A stretch of DNA of 64,000 bases from Eledone cirrhosa (Eukaryota), in assembly GCA_964016885.1 (NCBI GenBank), contig OZ024743.1, positions 130,944,001-131,008,000 on the forward strand. The letters run 5' to 3'. The notes under the pieces are model-generated. The model was not told the DNA's origin and ran no database searches. It saw nothing but the letters and a program-made list of their open reading frames with translations. The position numbers and the translations under genes are program-made. Positions 10,713-22,200 of the stretch are shown here, piece by piece (the first letter of the stretch is position 1; each line of letters begins with the position of its first letter).

Positions 10713-13299
10713 TTGGTGTTTGGTGTTTGGTGCTTGGTGCTTGGTGTTTGGTGCTTGGTGCTTGGTGTTTGGTGCCTGGTGCTTGGTACTTGGTGTTTGG
10801 TGTTTGGTGCTTGGTGCTTGGTGCTTGGAGTTTGGTGTTTGGTGCTTGGTGCTTGGTGTTTTGTGTTTGGTGTTTGGTTTTTGGTGCTTGGTGCTTGGTG
10901 CTTGGTGCTTAGTCCTTGGTGTTTGGTGCTTGGTGCTTGGTGTTTGTACTTGGTGCTTGGTGCTTGGTGTTTGGTTCTTGGTTCTTGGTGTTTGGTACTT
11001 GGTGCTTGGTGCTTGGTGCTTGGTGTTAGGTGTTTGGTGCTTGGTGCTTGGTGTTTGGTGCTTGGTGTTTGCTGTCTGGTGTTTGGTGTTTGGTGTTTGG
11101 TGTTTGCTGTTTGGTGTCTGCTTTTTGGTGTTTGGTGTTTGCTGTATGGTGTTTGCTGTTTGGTGTTTGGTGCTTCGTGTTTGGTGTTTGGTCTTTGGTG
11201 CTTGGTGTCTGGTGCTTGATGTTTGGTGTTTGGTGTTTGGTGCTTGGTGCTTGGTGTTTGGTGCTTGGTGCTTGGTGTTTGTACTTGGTGCTTGGTGCTT
11301 GGTGTTTGGTGCTTGGTTCTTGGTGTTTGGTGCTTGGTGTTTGGTGCTTGGTGCTTGGTGTTTGGTGCTTGGTGCTTGGTGTTTGGTGTTTGGTGCTTGG
11401 TGCTTGGTGCTTGGTGTTAGGTCTTTGGTGCTTGGTGCTTGGTGTTTAGTGTTTGGTTCTTGGTGCTTGGTGTTTGGTGCTTGGTGCTTGCTGCTTGGTG
11501 TTTGGTGCTTGGTGATTGATGCTTGGTGTTTGGTGCTTGGTGCCCAGTGTTTGGTTTTTGGTGCTAGGTGCTTGGTGCATGGTGTTTGGTGCTTGGTGTT
11601 TGGTGTTTGGTGGTTGGTGCTTGGGGATTGGTGTTTGGTACTTGGTGCTTGGTGCTTGGTGCTTGGTGTTTGGTGTTTGGTGCTTGGTGCTTGGTGTTTG
11701 GTGCTTGGTGCTTGGTGCTTGTTGTTTGATGATTGGTACTTGGTACTTGGTGTTTGGTGTTTGGTGCTTGGGGCTTGGTGTTTGGTGCTGCGTGCTTGGT
11801 GCTTGGTGCTTGGTGCTTGGTGCTTGGTGTTTTGTGTTTGGTGTTTGATGCTTGGTGCTTGGTGTTTGGTGTTTGGTGCTTGGTGTTTGGTGTTTGCTGT
11901 TTGCTGTTTGCTGTTTGGTGTTTGCTGTTTGGTGTTTGGTGTTTGGTGTTTGCTGTTTGGTGTTTGTTGTTTGGTGTTTGGTGCTTGCTGTTTGGTGCTT
12001 GGTGTTTGGTGCTTGGTGCTTGGTGTTTGGTGTTTGGTGTTTGGTGCTTGGTGCTTGGGGCTTGATTTGGTGCTTGGTGCTTGGTGCTTGGTGTTTGGTG
12101 TTTGGTGCTTGGTGTTTGGTGCTTGGTGCTTGGTGCTGGGTGTTTGGTGCTTGGTGTTTGGTGCATGGTGCTTGGTGCTTGTTGTTTGTCGCTTGTTGCT
12201 TGGTGCTTGGTGTTTGGTGCTTGGTGCTTGGTGTTTGGTGTTTGGTGCTTGGTGCTTGGTGTTTGGTGTTTGGTGCTTGGTGTTTGGTGTTTGGTGCTTG
12301 GTGCTTGGTGTTTGCTGCTTGGTACTTGGTGCATGGTGTTTGGTGCTGGGTGCTTGGTGTTTGGTGCTTGGTGTTTGGTGCTTGGTGCTTGGTGTTTGGT
12401 GTTTGGTGTTTGATGCTTGGTGTTTTATGCTTGGTGCTTGGTGTTTGGTGCTTGGTGTTTGTACTTGGTGCTTGGTGCTTGGTGTTTTGTGCTTGGTTCT
12501 TGGTGTTTGGTGTTTGGTGCTTGGTACTTGGTGCTTGGTGTTAGGTGTTTGGTGCTTGGTGCTTGGTGTTTGGTGTTTGGTCCTTGGTGCTTGGTGCTTG
12601 GTGTTTAGTGCTTGGTGCTTGGTGTTTGTTGTTTGGTGCTTTCTGCTTGCTGCTTGGTGTTTGCTGCTTGGTGCTTGGTGCTTGGTGTTTGGTGTTTGGT
12701 GCTAGGTGCTTGGTGTTTGGTGTTTGGTGTTTGATGCTTGGTGTTTGGTGCTTGGTGTTTGGTGCTTGGTGCTTGGGGCTTGGTGTTTGGTGCTTGGTGC
12801 TTGGTGCTTGGTGTTTGGTGCTTGGTGTTTGGTGTTTGGTGTTTGATGCTTGGTGTTTGGTGCTTGGTGTTTGGTGCTTGGTGCTTGGGGCTTGGTGTTT
12901 GGTGTTTGGTGCTTGGTGCTTGGTGTTTGGTGCTTGGTGCTTGGTGCTGGGTGGTTGGTATTTGGTGCTTGGTGCTTGGTGTTTGGTGCTTGGTGCTTGG
13001 TGCTTGGTGTTTGGTGCTTGGTGCTTGGTGCTTGGTCTTTGGTGCTTGGTGTTTGGTGTTTGGTGCTTGGTGCTTTGTTTTTGGTGCTTGGTGATTAGTA
13101 TTTGGTGCTTGGTGCTTGGGGTTTGGTGTTTGGTGCTTGGTACTTGGTGTTTGGTGCTTGGTGTTTGGTGTTTGCTGTTTGGTGTTTGGTGTTTGGTGTT
13201 TGGTCTTTGGTGCTTGGTGTTTGGTGCTTGGTGCTTGGTGTTTGGTGTTTGGTGCTTGGTGTTTGGTGTTTGGTGCTTGGTGCTTGGTGCTTGGTGTTT

Positions 13300-16200
13300 G
13301 GTGCTTGGTGCTTGGTGTTTGGTGCTGGGTGCTTGGTGTTTGGTGCTTGGTGCTTGGTGCTTGGTGTTTGGTGTTTGGTGCTTGGTGCTTGGTGCTTGGT
13401 GTTTGGTGTTTGGCGCTTGGTGTTTTATGCTTGGTGTTTGATGTTTGGTGCTTGGTGCTTGGTGTTTGGTGCTTGGTGCTTGGTGTTTGTACTTGGTGCT
13501 TGGTGCTTGGTTCTTGGTGTTTGGTGCTTGGTGCTTGGTGCTTGGTGCTTGGTGTTTGGTGCTTGGTGTTTGGTGCTTGGTGTTTGGTGCTTGGTGCCTG
13601 GTGCTTGGTGCTTGGTGTTTGGTGCTTGGTGTTTGGTGCTTGGTATTAGGTGTTTGGTGCTTGGTGCTTGGTGTTTGGTGTTTGGTGCTTGGTGTTTGGT
13701 GCTTGGTGCTTGGTGTTTGGTGTTTGGTGCTTGGTGTTTGGTGCTTGGTACTTGGTGCTTGGTGCTTGGTGTTAGGTGTTTGGTGCTTGGTGCTTGGTGT
13801 TTGGTTTTTGGTGCTTGGTGCTTGGTGTTTGGTGTTTGGTGCTTGCTGCTGGCTGCTTGGTGTTTGGTGCTTGGTGATTGGTGCTTGGTGTTTGGTGCTA
13901 GGTGTTTGGTGTTTGGTACTAGGTGCTTGGTGCTTGGTGTTTGGTGCTTGGTGCTTGGTGTTTGGTGTTTGGTGCTTGGTGCTTGGTGTTTGGTGCTTGG
14001 TGCTGGGTGCTGGGTGGTTGGTGTTTGGTGTTTGGTGTTTGGTGCTGGGTGCTTGGTGTTTGGTGCTTGGTGCTTGGTCTTTGGTCTTTGGTGTTTGGTG
14101 TTTGGTGCTTGGTACTTGGTGCTTGGTGTTTGGTGCTTGGTGCTTGGTGTTTGGTGCTTGGTGCTTAGTGTTTGGTGCTAGGTGCTTGCGGTTTGGTGTT
14201 TGGTGCTTGGTGCTTGGTGTTAGGTGCTTGGTGCTTGGTGTTTGGTGTTTGGTGCTTGGTGCTTGGTGTTTGGTGTTTGGTGTTTGCTGTTTGGTGTTTG
14301 GTGTTTGGTGTTTGCTGTTTGGTGTCTGCTTTTTGGTGTTTGGTGTTGGCTGTATGTTATTTGCTGTTTGGTGTTTGGTGTTTGGTGTTTGGTGCTTGGT
14401 GCTTGGTGTTTGGTGTTTGGTGCGTGGTGCTTGGAGTTTGGTGTTTGGTGCTTGGTGCTTGGTGTTTTGTGTTTGGTGTTTGGTTTTTGGTGCTTGGTGC
14501 TTGGTGCTTGTTGCTTGGTCCTTGGTGTTTGGTGCTTGGTGCTTGGTGTTTGTACTTGGTGCTTGGTGCTTGGTGTTTGGTTCTTGGTTCTTGGTGTTTG
14601 GTACTTGGTGCTTGGTGTTTGGTGCCTGGTGCTTGGTGCTTGGTGTTAGGTGTTTGGTGCTTGGTGCTTGGTGTTTGGTGCTTGGTGTTTGGTGTTTGCT
14701 GTTTGGTGTTTGGTGTTTGGTGTTTGGTGTTTGCTGTTTGGTGTCTGCTTTTTGGTGTTTGGTGTTTGCTGTATGGTGTTTGCTGTTTCGTGTTTGGTGT
14801 TTGCTGTTTGGTGTTTGGTGTTTGCTGTTTGGTGTTTGGTCTTTGGTGCTTGGTGTTTGGTGCTTGGTGCTTGGTGTTTGGTGTTTGGTGCTTGGTGCTT
14901 GGTGCTTCGTGTTTGGTGTTTGGTGCTTGGTGTCTGGAGCTTGGTGTTTGGTGTTTGGTGCTTGGTATTTGGTGTTTGGTGCTTGGTGCTTGGTGTTTGG
15001 TGCTTGGTGCTTGGTGTTTGTACTTGGTGCTTGGTGCTTGGTGTTTGGTGCTTGGTTCTTGGTGTTTGGTGCTTGGTGTTTGGTGCTTGGTGCTTGGTGT
15101 TTGGTGCTTGGTGCTTGGTGTTTGGTGTTTGGTGCTTGGTGCTTGGTGCTTGGTGTTTGATGTTTGGTGCTTGGTGCTTGGTGTTTGGTGTTTGGTTCTT
15201 GGTGCTTGGTATTTGGTGCTTGGTGCTTGCTGCTTGGTGTTTGGTGCTTGGTGATTGATGCTTGGTGTTTGATGCTTGGTGCTTGGTGTTTGGTTTTTGG
15301 TGCTAGGTGCTTGGTGCTTGGTGTTTGGTGCTTGGTGTTTGGTGTTTGCTGCTTGGTGCTTGGGGCTTGGTGTTTGGTACTTGGTGCTTGGTGCTTGGTG
15401 TTTGGTGCTTGGTGCTTGGTGTATGGTGTTTGGTGTTTGGTGCTTGGTGTTTGGTGTTTGGTGCTTGGTGCTTGGTGTTTGTTGCTTGGTACTTGGTTCA
15501 TGGTGTTTGGTGCCGGGTGCTTGGTGTTTGGTGCTTGGTGCTTGGTGTTTGGTGTTTGGTGCTTGGTGTTTGGTGTTTGGTGCTTGGTGCTTGGTGTTTG
15601 TTTGCTTGGTACTTGGTGCATGGTGTTTGGTGCTGGGTGCTTGGTGTTTGGTGCTTGGTGTTTGGTGCTTGGTGCTTGGTGTTTGGTGTTTGGTGTTTGA
15701 TGCTTGGTGTTTGATGCTTGGTGCTTGGTGCTTGGTGTTTGGTGCTTGGTGTTTGTACTTGGTGCTTGGTGTTTTGTGCTTGGTTCTTTGTGTTTGGTGT
15801 TTGGTGCTTGGTGCTTGGTGCTTGGTGTTAGGTGTTTGGTGCTTGGTGCTTGGTGTTTGGTGTTTGGTCCTTGGTGCTTGGTGTTTAGTGCTTGGTGCTT
15901 GGTGTTTGTTGTTTGGTGCTTTCTGCTTGCTGCTTGGCGTTTGGTGCTTGGTGCTTGGTGCTTGGTGTTTGGTGTTTGGTGCTAGGTGCTTGGTGTTTGG
16001 TGTTTGGTGTTTGATGCTTGGTGTTTGGTGCTTGGTGTTTGGTGTTTTGTGCTTGGTGCTTGGGGCTTGGTGTTTAGTGCTTGGTGCTTGGTGCTTGGTG
16101 TTTGGTGCTTGGTGCTTGGTGTTTGGTGTTTGGTGTTTGGTGCTTGGTGCTTGGTGTTTGGTGCTTGGTGCTTGGTGCTGGGTGGTTGGTATTTGGTGCT

Positions 16201-19200
16201 TGGTGCTTGGTGTTTGGTGCTTGGTGCTTGGTGCTTGGTGTTTGGTGCTTGGTGCTTGGTGCTTGGTCTTTGGTGCTTGGTGTTTGGTGCTTGGTGCTTG
16301 GTGCTTGGTGTTTGGTGCTTGGTGATTAGTGTTTGGTGCTTGGTGCTTGGGGTTTGGTGTTTGGTGCTTGGTACTTGGTGTTTGGTGCTTGGTGTTTGGT
16401 GTTTGCTGTTTGGTGTTTGGTGTTTGCTGTTTGCTGTTTGCTGTTTGCTTTTTGGTGTTTGGTGTTTGCTGTATGGTGTTTGCTGTTTGGTGTTTGGTGT
16501 TTGCTGTTTGGTGTTTGGTGTTTGCTGTTTGGTCTTTGGTGCTTGGTGTTTGGTGCTTGGTGCTTGGTGTTTGGTGTTTGGTGCTTGGTGCTTGGTGTTT
16601 GGTGTTTGTTGCTTGGTGCTTGGTGCTTGGTGTTTGGTGTTTGGTGTTTGGCGCTTGGTTTCTGGTGCTTGGTGTTTGGTGTTTGGTGTTTGGTGCTTGG
16701 TGTTTGGTGTTTGGTGTTTGGTGCTTGGTGTTTGGTGTTTGGTGTTTGGTGTTTGGTGCTTGTTGCTTGGTGCTTGGTGCTTGGGGTTTGGTTCTTGGTT
16801 CTTGGTGTTTGGTACTTGGTGCTTGGTGTTTGGTGCTGGGTGCTTGGTGTTTGGTGCTTGGTGCTTGGTGCTTGCTGTTTGGTGTTTGGTGCTTGGTGCT
16901 TGGTGTTTGGTGTTTGGTGTTATATGCTTGGTGTTTGATGCTTGGTGCTTGGTGCTTGGTATTTGGTATTTGGTGCTTGGTGTTTGTACTTGGTGCTTGG
17001 TTCTTGGTTCTTGGTGCTTGGTGCTTGGTGCTTGGTGCTTGGTGCTTGGTGTTTGGTGCTTGGTGTTTGGTGCTTGGTGTTTGGTGCTTGGTGCCTGGTG
17101 CTTGGTGCTTGGTGCTTGGTGTTTGGTGCTTGGTGTTTGGTGCTTGGTGTTAGGTGTTTGGTGCTTGGTGCTTGGTGTTTGGTGTTTGGTGCTTGGTGTT
17201 TGGTGCTTGGTGCTTGGTGTTTGGTGTTTGGTGCTTGGTGTTTGGTGCTTGGTACTTGGTGCTTGGTGCTTGGTGTTAGGTGTTTGGTGCTTGGTGCTTG
17301 GTGTTTGGTTTTTGGTGCTTGGTGCTTGGTGTTTGGTGTTTGGTGCTTGCTGCTGGCTGCTTGGTGTTTGGTGCTTGGTGATTGGTGCTTGGTGTTTGGT
17401 GCTTGGTGTTTGGTGTTTGGTACTAGGTGCTTGGTGTTTGGTGTTTGGTGCTTGGTGCTTGGTGTTTGGTGTTTGGTGTTTGGTGCTTGGTGCTTGGTGC
17501 TTGGTGCTGGGTGGTTGGTGTTTGGTGCTTCGTGATTAGTGTTTGGTGCCAGGTGCTTGGGGTTTGGTGTTTGGTGCTTGGTGCTTGGTGTTTGGTGCTT
17601 GGTGTTTGGTGTTTGCTGTTTGGTGTTTGGTGTTTGGTGTTTGGTGTTTGCTGTTTGGTGTCTGCTTTTTGGTGTTTGGTGTTTGGTGTATGGTGTTTGC
17701 TGTTTCGTGTTTGGTGTTTGCTGTTTGGTGTTTGGTGTTTGCTGTTTGGTGTTTGGTCTTTGGTGCTTGGTGTTTGGTGCTTGGTGCTTGGTGCTTCGTG
17801 TTTGGTGTTTGGTGCTTGGTGTCTGGAGCTTGGTGTTTGGTGTTTGGTGCTTGGTATTTGGTGTTTGGTGCTTGGTGCTTGGTGTTTGGTGCTTGGTGCT
17901 TGGTGTTTGTACTTGGTGCTTGGTGCTTGGTGTTTGGTGCTTGGTTCTTGGTGTTTGGTGCTTGGTGTTTGGTGCTTGGTGCTTGGTGTTTGGTGCTTGG
18001 TGCTTGGTGTTTGGTGTTTGGTGCTTGGTGCTTGGTGCTTGGTGTTTGATGTTTGGTGCTTGGTGCTTGGTGTTTGGTGTTTGGTTCTTGGTGCTTGGTA
18101 TTTGGTGCTTGGTGCTTGCTGCTTGGTGTTTGGTGCTTGGTGATTGATGCTTGGTGTTTGATGCTTGGTGCTTGGTGTTTGGTTTTTGGTGCTAGGTGCT
18201 TGGTGCTTGGTGTTTGGTGCTTGGTGTTTGGTGTTTGCTGCTTGGTGCTTGGGGCTTGGTGTTTGGTACTTGGTGCTTGGTGCTTGGTGTTTGGTGCTTG
18301 GTGCTTGGTGTATGGTGTTTGGTGTTTGGTGCTTGGTGTTTGGTGTTTGGTGCTTGGTGCTTGGTGTTTGTTGCTTGGTACTTGGTTCATGGTGTTTGGT
18401 GCCGGGTGCTTGGTGTTTGGTGCTTGGTGCTTGGTGTTTGGTGTTTGGTGCTTGGTGTTTGGTGTTTGGTGCTTGGTGCTTGGTGTTTGTTTGCTTGGTA
18501 CTTGGTGCATGGTGTTTGGTGCTGGGTGCTTGGTGTTTGGTGCTTGGTGTTTGGTGCTTGGTGCTTGGTGTTTGGTGTTTGGTGTTTGATGCTTGGTGTT
18601 TGATGCTTGGTGCTTGGTGCTTGGTGTTTGGTGCTTGGTGTTTGTACTTGGTGCTTGGTGTTTTGTGCTTGGTTCTTTGTGTTTGGTGTTTGGTGCTTGG
18701 TGCTTGGTGCTTGGTGTTAGGTGTTTGGTGCTTGGTGCTTGGTGTTTGGTGTTTGGTCCTTGGTGCTTGGTGTTTAGTGCTTGGTGCTTGGTGTTTGTTG
18801 TTTGGTGCTTTCTGCTTGCTGCTTGGCGTTTTGTGCTTGGTGCTTGGTGCTTGGTGCTTGGTGTTTGGTGTTTGGTGCTAGGTGCTTGGTGTTTGGTGTT
18901 TGGTGTTTGATGCTTGGTGTTTGGTGCTTGGTGTTTGGTGTTTTGTGCTTGGTGCTTGGGGCTTGGTGTTTAGTGCTTGGTGCTTGGTGCTTGGTGTTTG
19001 GTGCTTGGTGCTTGGTGTTTGGTGTTTGGTGTTTGGTGCTTGGTGCTTGGTGTTTGGTGCTTGGTGCTTGGTGCTGGGTGGTTGGTATTTGGTGCTTGGT
19101 GCTTGGTGTTTGGTGCTTGGTGCTTGGTGCTTGGTGTTTGGTGCTTGGTGCTTGGTGCTTGGTCTTTGGTGCTTGGTGTTTGGTGCTTGGTGCTTGGTGC

Positions 19201-22200
19201 TTGGTGTTTGGTGCTTGGTGATTAGTGTTTGGTGCTTGGTGCTTGGGGTTTGGTGTTTGGTGCTTGGTACTTGGTGTTTGGTGCTTGGTGTTTGGTGTTT
19301 GCTGTTTGGTGTTTGGTGTTTGCTGTTTGCTGTTTGCTGTTTGCTTTTTGGTGTTTGGTGTTTGCTGTATGGTGTTTGCTGTTTGGTGTTTGGTGTTTGC
19401 TGTTTGGTGTTTGGTGTTTGCTGTTTGGTCTTTGGTGCTTGGTGTTTGGTGCTTGGTGCTTGGTGTTTGGTGTTTGGTGCTTGGTGCTTGGTGTTTGGTG
19501 TTTGTTGCTTGGTGCTTGGTGCTTGGTGTTTGGTGTTTGGTGTTTGGCGCTTGGTTTCTGGTGCTTGGTGTTTGGTGTTTGGTGTTTGGTGCTTGGTGTT
19601 TGGTGTTTGGTGTTTGGTGCTTGGTGTTTGGTGTTTGGTGTTTGGTGTTTGGTGCTTGTTGCTTGGTGCTTGGTGCTTGGGGTTTGGTGCTTGGTGCTTG
19701 GTGTTTGGTGCTGGGTGCTTGGTGTTTGGTGCTTGGTGCTTGGTTCTTGGTGTTTGGTGTTTGGTGCTTGGTGCTTGGTGCTTGGTGTTTGGTTTTTGGC
19801 GCTTGGTGTTTTATGCTTGGTGTTTGATGTTTGGTGCTTGGTGCTTGGTGTTTGGTGCTTGGTGCTTGGTGTTTGTACTTGGTGCTTGGTGCTTGGTTCT
19901 TGGTGTTTGGTGCTTGGTGCTTGGTGCTTGGTGCTTGGTGTTTGGTGCTTGGTGTTTGGTGCTTGGTGTTTGGTGCTTGGTGCCTGGTGCTTGGTGCTTG
20001 GTGTTTGGTGCTTGGTGTTTGGTGCTTGGTATTAGGTGTTTGGTGCTTGGTGCTTGGTGTTTGGTGTTTGGTGCTTGGTGTTTGGTGCTTGGTGCTTGGT
20101 GTTTGGTGTTTGGTGCTTGGTGTTTGGTGCTTGGTACTTGGTGCTTGGTGCTTGGTGTTAGGTGTTTGGTGCTTGGTGCTTGGTGTTTGGTTTTTGGTGC
20201 TTGGTGCTTGGTGTTTGGTGTTTGGTGCTTGCTGCTGGCTGCTTGGTGTTTGGTGCTTGGTGATTGGTGCTTGGTGTTTGGTGCTAGGTGTTTGGTGTTT
20301 GGTACTAGGTGCTTGGTGCTTGGTGTTTGGTGCTTGGTGCTTGGTGTTTGGTGTTTGGTGCTTGGTGCTTGGTGTTTGGTGCTTGGTGCTGGGTGCTGGG
20401 TGGTTGGTGTTTGGTGTTTGGTGTTTGGTGCTGGGTGCTTGGTGTTTGGTGCTTGGTGCTTGGTCTTTGGTCTTTGGTGTTTGGTGTTTGGTGCTTGGTA
20501 CTTGGTGCTTGGTGTTTGGTGCTTGGTGCTTGGTGTTTGGTGCTTGGTGCTTAGTGTTTGGTGCTAGGTGCTTGCGGTTTGGTGTTTGGTGCTTGGTGCT
20601 TGGTGTTAGGTGCTTGGTGCTTGGTGTTTGGTGTTTGGTGCTTGGTGCTTGGTGTTTGGTGTTTGGTGTTTGCTGTTTGGTGTTTGGTGTTTGGTGTTTG
20701 CTGTTTGGTGTCTGCTTTTTGGTGTTTGGTGTTGGCTGTATGTTATTTGCTGTTTGGTGTTTGGTGTTTGGTGTTTGTTGCTTGGTGCTTGGTGTTTGGT
20801 GTTTGGTGCTTGGTGCTTGGAGTTTGGTGTTTGGTGCTTGGTGCTTGGTGTTTTGTGTTTGGTGTTTGGTTTTTGGTGCTTGGTGCTTGGTGCTTGTTGC
20901 TTGGTCCTTGGTGTTTGGTGCTTGGTGCTTGGTGTTTGTACTTGGTGCTTGGTGCTTGGTGTTTGGTTCTTGGTTCTTGGTGTTTGGTACTTGGTGCTTG
21001 GTGCTTGGTGCTTGGTGTTTGGTGTTTGGTGCTTGGTGTTTGGTGCCTGGTGCTTGGTGCTTGGTGTTAGGTGTTTGGTGCTTGGTGCTTGGTGTTTGGT
21101 GCTTGGTGTTTGGTGTTTGCTGTTTGGTGTTTGGTGTTTGGTGTTTGGTGTTTGCTGTTTGGTGTCTGCTTTTTGGTGTTTGGTGTTTGCTGTATGGTGT
21201 TTGCTGTTTCGTGTTTGGTGTTTGCTGTTTGGTGTTTGGTGTTTGCTGTTTGGTGTTTGGTCTTTGGTGCTTGGTGTTTGGTGCTTGGTGCTTGGTGTTT
21301 GGTGTTTGGTGCTTGGTGCTTGGTGCTTCGTGTTTGGTGTTTGGTGCTTGGTGTCTGGAGCTTGGTGTTTGGTGTTTGGTGCTTGGTATTTGGTGTTTGG
21401 TGCTTGGTGCTTGGTGTTTGGTGCTTGGTGCTTGGTGTTTGTACTTGGTGCTTGGTGCTTGGTGTTTGGTGCTTGGTTCTTGGTGTTTGGTGCTTGGTGT
21501 TTGGTGCTTGGTGCTTGGTGTTTGGTGCTTGGTGCTTGGTGTTTGGTGTTTGGTGCTTGGTGCTTGGTACTTGGTGTTTGATGTTTGGTGCTTGGTGCTT
21601 GGTGTTTGGTGTTTGGTTCTTGGTGCTTGGTATTTGGTGCTTGGTGCTTGCTGCTTGGTGTTTGGTGCTTGGTGATTGATGCTTGGTGTTTGATGCTTGG
21701 TGCTTGGTGTTTGGTTTTTGGTGCTAGGTGCTTGGTGCTTGGTGTTTGGTGCTTGGTGTTTGGTGTTTGCTGCTTGGTGCTTGGGGCTTGGTGTTTGGTA
21801 CTTGGTGCTTGGTGCTTGGTGTTTGGTGCTTGGTGCTTGGTGTATGGTGTTTGGTGTTTGGTGCTTGGTGTTTGGTGTTTGGTGCTTGGTGCTTGGTGTT
21901 TGTTGCTTGGTACTTGGTTCATGGTGTTTGGTGCTGGGTGCTTGGTGTTTGGTGCTTGGTGCTTGGTGTTTGGTGTTTGGTGCTTGGTGTTTGGTGTTTG
22001 GTGCTTGGTGCTTGGTGTTTGTTTGCTTGGTACTTGGTGCATGGTGTTTGGTGCTGGGTGCTTGGTGTTTGGTGCTTGGTGTTTGGTGCTTGGTGCTTGG
22101 TGTTTGGTGTTTGGTGTTTGATGCTTGGTGTTTGATGCTTGGTGCTTGGTGCTTGGTGTTTGGTGCTTGGTGTTTGTACTTGGTGCTTGGTGTTTTGTGC

